In this document: positions 1 through 14,664 of the stretch, in pieces
Layout of the letters: the number at the start of each line of letters is the position of its first letter
Position numbering within the stretch: the stretch's first letter is position 1
NCBI GenBank assembly: GCA_964016885.1
Contig: OZ024743.1
Location: 104,656,001 to 104,720,000 of the forward strand
DNA: 64,000 nt
Direction of reading: 5' to 3'
Origin: Eledone cirrhosa
Taxonomy: Eukaryota
The notes under the pieces: generated by a model
Database searches by the model: none
What the model was told of the DNA's origin: nothing
The model's input: the letters and a program-made list of their open reading frames with translations, nothing else
Translations under genes and position numbers: made by a program

Positions 1-219
1 CACAAAACAAAAGAAAATAAATTCCAATAACATGTTCCAAAGAGACATTAACAACAACAACAACAACAACAACAACAGCAACAACAGAAATAACAACAAC
101 AACAAAATAACAACAACAGCAATAACAATACAAGAGCAATAACAGCAATAGCAACACTAACAACAGCAACAACACTAACAACAACATGTAGGCAAAGCGT
201 TTTGTAGAAGCCCTCTCTC

Positions 220-289
<70 letters not shown>

Positions 290-519
290 ACTCAGTGTTT
301 GTGTGTGTATGTGTGTGTGTACATGTGTGTGTTTGTGTTTATGTAGATGTTTATATGTGTGTGTGTGTGGGTATGGTCTTGGACACATACATTGTATTAT
401 GTAGAACTTATTAAATGTTGTTTCACGTGATAAAGAATAAATACCACAATTTGAGATTGGTGGTGGGTGACTGGAGAGGGAGAAGAGAGAGATAGAGAGG
501 GCATATAAAAAGAGAAGGG

Positions 520-560
<41 letters not shown>

Positions 561-1587
561 TAGGTATATATATCTCGCTCTCTCTCTTTCTATATATATA
601 TATACGCATATATATATATATATACATATATATATATGCCCCACCCTTTCTCTCTCTCTCTATATATATATAAAGAGAGGGGGTATAGAGATAGGTAGAT
701 AGATACAGAGGCAGGAGAAGAGAGAGGAGAGAAAGCCACAGAGGATATAGGGAGAGACCTTGAGACAAAGACCATAATAACGGAATTGGGGAACTGCCGA
801 GAAGAGAGAGAGATAGAGATAGATAGGCAGATAGATAGACAGATAGATAGATAGATAGAGGAAAGAAAACAGACGGCGAAGACAAAGAAGAAGATAAAGA
901 AAAAGACAAATAAGAAAAGACATAAGAAAACAAGATAGCAGAAGACGAATGACACAAAGAGAAAGATGACGGAAAACATCAACAATTAGGACTAGAAATA
1001 AATGGACGATAGACAGTGCATATATATGTGTGCAATACGTAGCAGGGAAAAATTGACTTTCGTAGATGAGAAGAAATGAAAAAAAAACATGGCCGTCGCT
1101 TACCAGAGGTTCAGGCCAAAGGACCAACTGCACAGCCACGCGGTAAGGGAAGGGAATTAAAGTTATCTGTATTGTGAAGACTATTTTCAAATATTTTCAA
1201 ATTTCACCCCCCCACCCCCCCACCCCCCAAAAAAGAAGGGCTGTTTGGGCTCCCAGTCGTAAGGTATCGGTTCGATTCCAGGTCCAAAGCAGCTTGTTGT
1301 CTCCTTCAGAAAGATACTTCATTTCCTTCATTTTCGGGCCCATCACTGAAGTGTATGTGTGTGTGTGTGGGGGTGGGGTGGGGGGGGGGGGTCTGTGTAT
1401 GAGGGGGTACTGAGGGCGTGTCCTTCTACTTTTCAAAGTTACACCCTCCGATTTAGAAAAACAAATATGGTGATATGCTTATTACGAAACACCTTAGAAT
1501 TATTGTGAATTAGAGTGTCCACCCAGAGTGTTCTGAAGTCCCCAACCTACCCCCATTCGAGATTGCGTAAATGCATATATAGATATA

Positions 1588-1916
1588 CACAAATATTCTT
1601 AGAAAATGTAGAAATCTCAAACGTGTAAAATAGCTGTAATCACAGTCGATTGTTATAAGTAGCTTAGAACATCTGGTAAAATACCCCAATAGAAGAAAAA
1701 AGTGGCCTGCAGCCACTATGAAAGCGCTAAATAATATACCTCTTAAATTACTACCGGAATTTGCGAGGTAGGGAGTTCGGTTCTTCGCAGCGGCTGTTAG
1801 CTACTTTTTTTTTCTTTTTTTTACCCGATTCTTGAAGCTATCGTTTATAGCAACTGATTCTGGTTACAATTATTTTATGCATTTGAGATTTCTATATTTT
1901 CTATGAATTTGTAGTG
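1588..1916. repeat. Degenerate foldback (inverted-repeat) element
   Basis: tagaaaatgtagaaatctcaaacgtgtaaaatagctgtaatc… (from ~1600) is matched in reverse complement by …gttacaattattttatgcatttgagatttctatattttcta (to ~1903); central hairpin tacctc…gaggta. Confidence 0.7.
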
Positions 1917-2213
1917 ACCTACATTCCGCGGGCTCACATACATTCTCTGTGCGTGATTTGGCTCAGCTCAGCCAATCAGCGCCAGTAGAAGAGGATGTAT
2001 CCCTACGCGTCCTGAGGGAGAAATTCCCCGCGAAGATTTGAAGAATCTTCCTCTCGCACCAGGAACTTCGAACCAGCAACACGTACATGTGACGGTGAGA
2101 TTTTGCACCTTGGCCTGCCGGCTTTCCGGCGCAATGGCACATTCCCTTTTGTAACCTCATTTTATGTGTAACTTCAACCATACAAGTTAATCAACATTAT
2201 TTGTGCTACAACA

Positions 2214-2429
2214 GGGCGGTGGATTGGCAGTATCGGTAGAGGGTCGAACGCCATGCTTTTCAGCAAAGAGTTACGGCCCTTTATGATCTGAGTTCAAATC
2301 CCGCCGAGGTTAACTTTGCCTTTCATCCTTACGGGGTTGATAAAATAAAGTACCAGTCACGCACTGGGGTCGATTTAATCGACTTTCCCCTCCCTAAAAA
2401 ATTGCTGGCTTTGTGCCTGTATAAGAAAC
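2214..2429 (+). mobile_element. Full-length tRNA-derived SINE with Meta/MESC-like core
   Basis: A-box-like TGGCAGTATCGG, B-box GTTCAAATCC, core CCTTTCATCCTTACGGGGTTGATAAAATAAAGTACCAG; 19-bp TSD cattatttgtgctacaaca at 2195-2213 and 2430-2448. Confidence 0.9.
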
Positions 2430-3089
2430 CATTATTTGTGCTACAACAAAATAAACATACATTTCATCTCTAATTTCTGCTGTTGACATCATTATTGTGT
2501 TACTCGTGTCTCAATAACATTTATAATCCATGCTGCTAAAAATTTAAACCCGTACAACGCGCCGATAGTTTATTTTCGAAATGTTAAACACATTTGTGTA
2601 TGGCATTGAAAAAAATAAAAATAAAATAAGTAATGAGTATTCTGAATCAATTATTTACTCTTGGTGGAGTCTCATCAGAAGATATGTACATAAAACAATA
2701 AAAAGGTAATATATAACGGGTGGTCATATAAAGCCTTGTAAATATAGTAGTAATCACGGAAGGACGTAGTCATTAAAATATTTACGTACTAATTTACTGC
2801 GTGGTGGGGGTGGTGGTGGTGGCTGATATGGGAGCAGCAACAGCAGTAGTAGTAGTTGTAGGAGTAGTAACACTAGTAGTAGTGGCAATAATAATAGTAG
2901 TAGCAGCAACAGCAGCAACAGCAACAATAGCAGCAGCATTAGTAGCAACAGTAACATCAGTAGTAGTAGAGGTAGTGGTCGTAGTTGTTGGGGTGTTACT
3001 ATTAGGAGCAATACTAGTACTAGTTGTTGTGATGTTGTTGTTGGTGGTGGTGGGAGTAATAATGGTGATAGTCGTGGGGATTCGTTATG

Positions 3090-3146
3090 GGGGTAGTAGT
3101 AGTAGTGGTAGTAGTAGTAGTAGTAGTGGTAGTAGTAGTAGTAGTG

Positions 3147-3177
<31 letters not shown>

Positions 3178-3218
3178 TAGTAGTAATAGTAGTAGTAGTA
3201 GTGGTAGTAGTAGTAGTG

Positions 3219-3267
<49 letters not shown>

Positions 3268-3368
3268 TAGTAGTAGTAGTGGTGGTAGTAATATTAGTAG
3301 CGGTAGTGGTAGTAGTAGTAGTAGTAATATTAGTAGCGGTAGTAGTAGTAGTAGTGGTGGTGGTAGTG

Positions 3369-3399
<31 letters not shown>

Positions 3400-3530
3400 T
3401 AGTAGTAGTAGTAGTAGTGGTAGTAGTAGTAGTGGTAGTAGTAATATTAGTAGTGGTAGTAGTAGTAGTAGTAGTAGTAGTACTAGTAGTGGTAGTAGTA
3501 GTGGTGGTAGTAGTAGTAGTAGTGGTAGTG

Positions 3531-3561
<31 letters not shown>

Positions 3562-3695
3562 TAGTAGTAGTGGTAGTAGTAGTAATATTAGTAGCGGTAG
3601 TAGTAGTAGTAGTAGTAGTAGTAGTAATGGTAGTAGTAGTAGTAGTGGTAGTGGTAGTAGTAGTAGTAGTAGTGGTAGTAGTGGTAGTAGTAGTG

Positions 3696-3726
<31 letters not shown>

Positions 3727-3970
3727 TAGTAGTAGTAGTGGTAATGTTGTGGGGGTTGTTGTCGCGTATTCGTGGTCGTAGTGGTAGTGGATATGGTGGC
3801 ACTAGCTGTGGTGGTAGTAGTAGTAGTGGTAGTAGTAGTAGTGGTAGTAGTAGTAGTAGTTGTAGTGGTAGTAGTAACGTTGGTAGTAGTAGTAGCAGTT
3901 GTAGTGGTGGTAGTAACGTTGGTAGTAGTAGTAGCAGTTGTAGTGGTGGTAGTAACGTTGGTAGTAGTAG
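3090..3970. repeat. Degenerate (AGT)n/(GGT) trinucleotide microsatellite
   Basis: Direct inspection; source of the poly-S, poly-T and poly-V ORFs. Confidence 0.95.
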
Positions 3971-4275
3971 TAGCGCTGGTAGTGTTAGTGGTTGTGAAAT
4001 GGGGAAAACCAACAGCTAGAAAGAATTGCAGTGGCAATAAAGAGGAGACTGGAATGAAACTAAAGCTAAAAATGTCATACGATATGATACTTGAATTGCA
4101 ACGAAGAAGATATTACTAAGGTTTCCTTGAAATATCTTTTACAACTAGTTTCAAGAGAAATGGCCAGAGAATTAGAAAGAGAACGAAAATGAAGGAGTGG
4201 TGGTGGTGGTGGTAGTGGTTGTGTGTGTGGAGGGGCGAGAGCGATGGGTAAGGATATATATAGTATGCACGAAAG

Positions 4276-4330
<55 letters not shown>

Positions 4331-4359
4331 CGTACGTATGTATATACATACATATATAT

Positions 4360-4875
<516 letters not shown>

Positions 4876-5046
4876 CATATATATATATATACATATATAT
4901 ATATATTACATATACAGACACACATATATATATATATGCGTGTATGTGTGTGTATGCATATATGTGTGTATGTGTGTATATATGTATATATATGTGTGTG
5001 TATATATATGCATATATAGTTGTATACACACCCACACACACATATA

Positions 5047-5111
<65 letters not shown>

Positions 5112-5120
5112 ACGCACATG

Positions 5121-5178
<58 letters not shown>

Positions 5179-5337
5179 CACATATGTATACATACATATA
5201 TATATATATATACATATAATATATATACATATATACATATTATAAAGAAAACGAAAAATCAGTGTTGCATCTGGACTTAGTTTATTTCGTGTTACAATAC
5301 CGCCTATGGAAGCACCATAGCTACCACTATACACGAC

Positions 5338-5440
<103 letters not shown>

Positions 5441-5441
5441 G

Positions 5442-5478
<37 letters not shown>

Positions 5479-5549
5479 GGAGTATGTATGAAGAAGAAAG
5501 AGAACCAATGAATGTACCACTGGGAAGGTGAGAAAGGAAGAAGACGAGA

Positions 5550-6886
<1,337 letters not shown>

Positions 6887-6972
6887 GTATGTATATATGT
6901 ATGTATATGTAAGTATGCATACTTACTTGCATGGAAGTATCTATGGCTTCATATCTACACTTATAAATACAC

Positions 6973-7063
<91 letters not shown>

Positions 7064-7779
7064 TATATACTATAATTTGCCTCAATTAGAATGTAAATAA
7101 ATCTAAACTAAACCTATGTTATCCACGAATCTAGGAAAGGCAAATCCTAACTACAATCAAACCTGCACTCCATACACATTCTGCACTAGTCTTAAGTTCA
7201 AGGATGTCTTTCAAAACCATACCACAACTTTCCTGGTAAAACACCAACCAGCTCGCTCTAATTACTGGTATGGAGGCGATGGATGTCATCAGACTGCACC
7301 CGTCGATCACGACGTACGAGTGTCCACCAGCTTTAGCTTAGTCAGTTTGCGGATGTCTATATGCGGCATGCCACTTAAGTCTGTTCCTGTGACTGCGTTA
7401 CTAGATGACCAGACAGCTTCAGCAGGCTGCACATTTTCAGAAGTGAGCAAGCAATGTTTAAGGCCCCTTTCCACGCGCACTCCCCAGATCAGGGAAGGCA
7501 ATGCTATATCAAAGACATGCTTTGTCACAACTGAATGACAAAAGCACCGCAATTGCTCACTGGTTTGTAATAGAATGTTCATTGCGTTTAGGCAAATTAC
7601 ACAACTATAGAGTGCGCAAGCGCTTAGCCAAAGGAAAAAAAATATAAAAAGGAGAGAAATAGTAAATCATAAAAGAATAAGGATTGTTGCCCAACGTCCA
7701 GACAGAGAAGGATACAGAGGCATAGAAAAGGTAAGAAGGGAGAATAGGGGAAAATAGATAGACCAGGGGTTCTGATCTT

Positions 7780-7810
<31 letters not shown>

Positions 7811-7819
<9 letters not shown>

Positions 7820-8242
7820 TAAACGGAATAGAAAATGCTGACAAATTGTTCACAGTTGAAAAATGGTTTAATTAGGAATAAAAGAGTATTAGTGATTGTA
7901 TGGGTTAGTATTCAGTTGTGGTTTTAAGTTTTTAAGTTTTTACCGGTTGCGCATTTCTAAATGCTTTTCAAAAATAATTTTGAGATAGAGTGTCCGTGCT
8001 GTTTGCTCTGATCAGAGCAAACAGCACGGACACTCTATCTCAAAATTATTTTTGAAAAGCATTTAGAAATGCGCAACCGGTAAAAACTTAAAAACTTAAA
8101 ACCACAACTGAATACTAACCCATACAATCACTAATACTCTTTTATTCCTAATTAAACCATTTTTCAACTGTGAACAATTTGTCAGCATTTTCTATTCCGT
8201 TTACCAATATATAATAACTTGTGTGTTACACCTCTATTCTTT

Positions 8243-8246
<4 letters not shown>
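7811..8246 (+). mobile_element. Perfect ~400-bp palindrome (no loop) plus ~35-nt tail; pLTR-like with a decayed hammerhead in each arm
   Basis: 7811-8011 and 8012-8212 read as exact reverse complements centred on CTGA|TCAG; tail 8213-8246; (TA)n on both sides; single-arm sister copy at ~25550-25750. Confidence 0.8.
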
Positions 8247-8282
<36 letters not shown>

Positions 8283-8286
<4 letters not shown>

Positions 8287-8583
8287 TGTATATATAGTGT
8301 ATTTTGCAATACACTGTATGCTTAATTAAAAGCATTTCGAAGACCTTATGCTATTGTTTTAGAGTAGTGACAGACTCACTTACTTTAATTTCAGCAAACA
8401 GGGGGAGATAAAGCTGACCAGACCTTGTTTCTGCATTTATTGATGCTTATCAAAGCCAACTACTCCTCCCGTTTGCTGAAATCATGGATGTTTGGTTCTT
8501 ATAGAATTCTAGTAAATAATCAGGAACTGATTATACAGAGCGGTTGCCGGTCAAGCAGAAATTAAAAATTAGAATTGGTGCTC
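8283..8583 (-). mobile_element. Non-palindromic copy of the 4360 element family, abutted by a truncated SINE
   Basis: tgaatgtatatatagtgtattttgc…gagataaagctgac matches 4397-4534; the copy ends in agaattggtgctc, identical to the tail at 4361-4373. Confidence 0.8.
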
Positions 8584-9084
8584 AAATCCCGCAGAGGATA
8601 ACTTTGCCTTTCATCCTTATGGGGTCGATAAAATAAAGTACCAGTAATACACTGGATAATTGCTGGCCTTGTGCCAAAAGAAGAAACAATTATTAAAGGT
8701 TTATATGATTAATTTTGCAAGAGTAAGATCGCTTCATTAATTCATCATTACTTCATGCAAAGACGTAATACATGCCACGAAAAGACCCCAGGTTGCACAT
8801 TCTTAACATGGATTTAGTTCGGAACGACAATATGACTTGAGAGGGCGTGCAGTATCTTTGCACTGGAGTGGAGGGGGTCTTCCTGAAAAGATAAAATGTC
8901 GATATACCTAGCCGGGCCAGCTAGTATATATATATATATATATGAGAGAGAAAGAGAGAGTGGAAGGTAAAACCCCGGCCTCAAAATAAAAAAAACAACA
9001 TATAATTATAGTCTTCTTAGATTTACCTCACTCTCTCTCTCCTCTCTCATTCCCCCTCATTTTTCTCTCTCTCTCTCTTTCTCT

Positions 9085-9178
<94 letters not shown>

Positions 9179-9182
<4 letters not shown>

Positions 9183-9557
9183 TGAAAGGATAACAAGGAC
9201 GATTGGTTACTCCTTCATTACATTTATTAGTGGGTGACGCGCGTTTCGCCACTGATCAGCTCAAGGTTCGATCTGTATCAATCCTACCCGACTCAATGAT
9301 CGGCAGCTCGACGGACCCTTTAAAATGCTGCTGCCGATCATTGAGTCGGGTAGGATTGATACAGATCGAACCTTGAGCTGATCAGTGGCGAAACGCGCGT
9401 CACCTACCAATAAATGTAATGAAGGGGTAACCAATCGTCCTTGTTATCCTTTCAATATATTACACTCTGTATAGCTCTACACCTCATCACAGAAGTGAAC
9501 CTAAACATCAAGTGCTCTCCCGGGTGAACCTGTAGTAACTCCAAGTTACACCACCTG
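9179..9557 (+). mobile_element. Palindromic pLTR-like element (~128-bp arms, 22-nt spacer) plus ~100-nt tail; decayed hammerhead followed by AATAAA
   Basis: Arms 9179-9307 and 9330-9459; ggtagg…TTGATAC…GAAA cgcgcg TC a cctacc (9349-9408), then aataaa 9409-9414; (TA)n flanks. Confidence 0.75.
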
Positions 9558-9631
9558 GATATATATATATATATGTACTTATAACATAAAGTTCATATGA
9601 AGATATGTCACTATCTTTAAACCAAATATTG

Positions 9632-9692
9632 TATTTTATCTGACGAAAGCGTACTAAAATATTGGTACCCTTGAAATATGTATAATAAAATA
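9632..9692 (+). ncRNA. Type I hammerhead ribozyme (minimal stem III)
   Basis: tattttat CTGACGA aagcgtac-taaaatattg-gtaccctt GAAA tatgta TA ataaaata: 8-bp stem I, paired stem II, near-palindromic stem III. Confidence 0.75.
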
Positions 9693-9874
9693 AATATGGT
9701 TTTATAAAGATATTTTCCATTTATTAATATTATTGATATTAATTATACTAAAAAATATTTTGTTGAGTGCTTCTAATCTGTTATAAATTAACTTTGTTGA
9801 ATAATCAACAAAACAAATAACTCATTGTTTATATATATATATATATATATATATACCCCCGCCACACACACACA

Positions 9875-9984
<110 letters not shown>

Positions 9985-10829
9985 TATATATATATACACA
10001 CTCTTCACAAATGATCCCCTGTAACTATTTGATGTGTTTATTTTACATACATACGTCATCTTACTTTTAATTTGATATAAATGCTCGGATTTACTACCTG
10101 GAATCTTAGAGCTTATTTCCACAGGTGGTATGGCGCATGATTCTGATATTCTCAGACATGACATCCTTAATATAATTTTTGATATATATACTCACACACG
10201 TAGAAGTTAAGATTACCTTAATCAACCATTTATATATTCTGTCTACCTTAGCAGAAATTCACTAAATACTACATTATCTTATAAAATATATTTATCTCAT
10301 ATTATCTGTCTCTACCAATCGTTACGCCTCCCATGTACCTTGAATAAATTTAATTCAGTAAAGAAGCTAAACTTCACAAAAGAAGATGAAACAGGATTGA
10401 GCTGATTGGTGATATGCCATAAGACAAAGGTCCCGTCTACCAGTACAATCACTGTGATCGTAAAAGTAAACACGATGAGGGACCGGAGGCTGCAGTGTTT
10501 GGCAATCGAATTCACCCAGTAATCTCTGTAAAGTGTAGGTGTTTGTGCAGCGATAAAACACACTCAGCAAACACAATAAAACGTGTTTGTACCACGATGA
10601 AATGCACCCAATAAAACCTGTTAAGAGATAGTGCTAATGCCATAATAAGATGTACAGAGTAGAAAAAAGAGCAACCTACCTAAAAACATGTAGAACGCAA
10701 CAGGATAACGAAACACGAAGAAATGGTTGCAGTTTTTCCCTCAATGTAGGGTAGTCTTTTCTCGTTTCTTTGTTCCGCACTGTTGAATATATTATTATTA
10801 CCTATTTATTAATGTGTCCTTATATATGA

Positions 10830-11130
10830 TGGACTCGTAATTACTGATGCAGTCTTAGGGGCATGTATTGGGCATTTTAAACCTGGCATAGCCCACCCTT
10901 GGTTCAGAACTGAACACAGTTGATTTCTTCTAACGAATAAGAAAGGAAGTGGGAATGAGATTTAAAGAGTAATTGACTCTAGTATTAGACTGGTATTTTG
11001 TTTATCGACCTCGAAATAATGAACGGCACTGTTGACCTCCGTGGGTTTTGAACTCAGGGTTGCAAAGAGCCAGAACGAATACCACAAAGTTTCCAACCAA
11101 TGTTTTAATAATTTCACCAATTCGCCACAA
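10830..11130 (-). mobile_element. Diverged Meta-core SINE with an alternative 3' module
   Basis: Reverse-complement SINE core at ~10975-11125, preceded on + by the gggcattttaaacctggc…gaacacagttgatttcttcta module, also seen at 12248, 23570, 46615 and 46950. Confidence 0.6.
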
Positions 11131-12247
11131 TGTACTTTGTATGTATGTATGTATGTATGTATGTATGTATGTATGTATGTATGTATGTATGTATGTATGT
11201 ATGTATGTATGTATGTATGTATGTATGTATGTATGTATGTATGTATGGCCATCCAAAATCACCGGGAGAGATGATCCCTTAGCCTTTGTCAAGGCAGAAT
11301 TCTAGGAAAAGGAAAACTCTGATATAGCACCTGTAACCCTGATGGTATCCAATGATGTTGACTTGTTCTTCTTTTTGGTAAATATCATCTTGGTTAAGAG
11401 AGTGGGACTGGCTTTGTGCAGTGCTTTTGCTGAATATAAAAGCTTCACGACACAGGCATTGCTTTATATCTAGAGATCTCTCTGCACTTGTCATCACAAG
11501 GTACAATGGGCCCAGCACTATGTGTCAGTAATTGTCACAAGTGTAGTGTTTGTACCAGAGTTTTCAAGTCGCTGGCTGGACTAAAAAGTCACACTCGTTC
11601 AGCGCATCGATAGGGGTTCTCCTACATGGATATAAAGTAGTGGCCGTACTCGAAAACGAGTTGGCAGCCACCATGTATACATTTCTGTCAGGTCGCTCGC
11701 GAGTGCTACTGGTAACATGAAACCCAGTACTACCTGTCTCATGGTCGGATCGTCGGCGACTAAACCGGCAAACCCACCAAGTTATCCTGGTGAGGAGGAT
11801 GGTATCTGAACACCATGCGGGATGAAATACAAGACCCAGCAAAGGGCGGAGGAACTCAGCAGAGTCAACGGCAATCCAAATAGTAGTTTTTTTTATTAAA
11901 AAAAAATTTATTTTCACCTGGGAGTGAAAGGCTCCCAGCTGTTGTCATAACACCTTTCTATGAGAGGGAAACTCTGAAAAAACAACCTGCGGCTTCGGAA
12001 GCATCCGATGATGTTGACCAGTTCTCCTTTTCGGGTAGTATTTTCGATGCTCAGAGAGTGAGATTGGTCGAGTGCAATGCCTTTCCCCACTTAAAAAAAA
12101 CGTTAAAAGCTCTGGCATTGCTTGTTCAGGATATGTTACAGGTTCGTGTGGCTGGCAATACTCTTCGCAGAGTTTGCAGCTATCATTTATGGTCCCGTAA
12201 CTCCTGATAGAGCCGTAGAAGCGCTGTATTGACATATAGCGTTTCTT

Positions 12248-12515
12248 CGGCATTTTAGGCCTGGCGGAGTCCATCCCTCTCCAGACCTGAGTACAGTAGA
12301 TCTCTTCTAGAGAAAGATAGAACGTGAGAGAGAGAGGAAATGAGAAAGAGATATAGGGGAAGAACCAACCCCAGTACTAGACTGGTACTTTTTTTTATCG
12401 ACCTCGAAACGATGAAAGGCAAAGTTGACCTCGGTGGAATTTGAACTCAGAGAGCAGAGATTCAGAATGAATACCATAAAGTATTCCATCCGACGTTCTA
12501 ACGATTCTGCCATCA
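12248..12515 (-). mobile_element. Diverged Meta-core SINE with the same alternative 3' module
   Basis: ctggtactt…ttatcgacc…gatgaaaggcaaagttgacctcggtggaatttgaactcag plus ggcattttaggcctggcgg…tcttcta module. Confidence 0.65.
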
Positions 12516-12838
12516 TTTTTGCTCAATATTAAATTCCTACACAGGGTCTTTTTCTTTCTTTCTGTGTTTTTGCTAAGTATTTCGCACTTTTGTACAATCT
12601 TCAACACATTGGGCCCTTGTGGCCAATAAAAGAAATTATTATTTTATTATTTATATATTTGTCTTACTTTTCGCCTTTCTAGTATAGATTCTTGAACCAA
12701 ATCGCATCAACTTGCAAAATCTGAAGTAGCCATTGGAACTGAACGTGCAATTTTATTGACACGACGGATAAAGAATTTCCTGACTGCATTTCTAAAGACG
12801 TTTTTCATGTTTATTCATTTCGTTAGTGTAAGTGTGTG

Positions 12839-12933
<95 letters not shown>

Positions 12934-13152
12934 TTTAAACCATATTTAATGTTAGATAAAAATAAATATAAATATAACTACAGCAAGAAAGAAAACTATA
13001 AGAAAAATTACCAAAAAAAAAAAAAAAAAAAAATCACTCGATGTATTAAAAAAAAAAAAATCATTGGGAGTAAAAATGAAAACTATGAAAATGGAACGAA
13101 ATATATTGGAAAATAATATATAATAGATGTTAGCGAACTATTAAGGTGAGTG

Positions 13153-13247
<95 letters not shown>

Positions 13248-13819
13248 AAATATATATTTATTAAAAAAAAAAATATATATGTATGAATGTATTTCTGTGC
13301 ACGTATATGTATATATGTGTGTGTGTGTGGTTGTATGTATGTGTGGGTATATGTATGTGCGTGTATGTATGTGCTGGTATATGTATGTGCATGTATGTAT
13401 GTGTATGGATGAATGTATGTATGTGTGGGTATATGTATATGCGTGTATGTATATATGGGTATGGATGAATGTATGTATATGTAATTGTATATATATGAGT
13501 GTATTTCTGTGCACGTATATGTATATGTGTGTGTGTATGGTTGTATGTATGTGTAATTGTGTATGTATGTGTGGGTATATGTATGTGTGTGTATGTATAT
13601 GTGTGTATGTATATGTGTGTATGGATGAATGTACGTATAATTATGTATGTTTGAGTACGTGTGTATATATGTTCGTGTGTATGTATGTATGTGTATGTAT
13701 GTATGTACACGCACATATATGTAGATGCACACACAAACACACACATGCACATAAACACATACATATGCATACTCTTGCATACATATATAAGAAACTTTGA
13801 CCAGGTGGTAATAGTATTT

Positions 13820-13863
<44 letters not shown>

Positions 13864-13864
<1 letters not shown>

Positions 13865-14352
13865 TATGAGCATAAGCCAGAGTCGGTGATAGAAAACGAT
13901 CAGGTGAGGGTGCTGTGGGATTTTAGGATACAGACGGACAAGAAACTGGAACACAATAGACCTGACCTGGTAGTTTTGGACAAGGAAAAAAGATCGTGCC
14001 TGATTGTGGATGTGGCCTGCCCATTCGACACGAGAGTGCAAGAGAAGGAGAGGGAGAAAATTAACCGATACCAGGACTTAAAGTGGGAGGTAAAAAGGAT
14101 TTGGAACTGCCATGAAGTCAAAGTGATCCCGATTGTCATAGGCGCACTAGGTACTATCTCAAAAAGTTTCCAAGGATGGTTAAAGAAAATTGGTCCCGCC
14201 CCACCTTTTGGAACACTTCAAAAGGCATGCTTGCTGGGAACAGCAAGAACCCTCCGATACCTCCTGAATATCTGAGGCTGCAGGTAGTGGCTTGATATTC
14301 ATTTCAACAAACTTTCCAATTAACTAACATCAATGACTGAGACTCAAAGAGT
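13864..14352 (+). mobile_element. R4/Dong-clade non-LTR retrotransposon, 5'-truncated copy 1 (RLE domain and 3'UTR)
   Basis: YEHKPESVIEND…LWDFRIQTDKKLEHNRPDLVVLDK…IVDVACPFD…EKINRYQDL…IPIVIGALG; flanked by (AAT)n. Confidence 0.9.
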
Positions 14353-14361
14353 AATAACAAC

Positions 14362-14399
<38 letters not shown>

Positions 14400-14401
14400 A
14401 A

Positions 14402-14655
14402 TGCCATGAAGTCAAAGTGATCCCGATTGTCATAGGCGCACTGGGGACTATCTCCAAAAGTTTCCAGGGATGGTTAAAGAAAATCGGCCCCTTCACGCTT
14501 TTTGGAACGCTTCAAAAGGCATGCTTGCTTGGAACAGCAAGAACCCTCCGATACGTCCTGAATATCTGAGGCTGCAGGTAGTGGCTTGATATTCAATCCA
14601 ACGGACTTTCCAGTTAACCAACATCAATGACTGAGATTCAAGGAATAACAATAAC
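14402..14655 (+). mobile_element. R4/Dong-clade element, 5'-truncated copy 2
   Basis: CHEVKVIPIVIGALGTISKSF…LRYVLNI* plus the same 3'UTR; (AAT)n flanks. Confidence 0.88.
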
Positions 14656-14664
14656 AATAATAAT

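Noticed and set aside
2640-2683. Minus-strand CTGATGA with short actc/gagt stem
   Set aside because: GAAA is incomplete and there is no clear UH or stem I; at best a remnant
2754-4119. Ser/Thr/Val-rich ORFs
   Set aside because: Translations of the (AGT)n microsatellite; the same applies at 41216-42181
7116-7582. Complex-sequence ORFs on both strands
   Set aside because: No recognisable motif or splice support; possibly a decayed LINE
11945-12274. 109-aa ORF as a possible host exon
   Set aside because: Starts inside a repeat module; no recognisable homology
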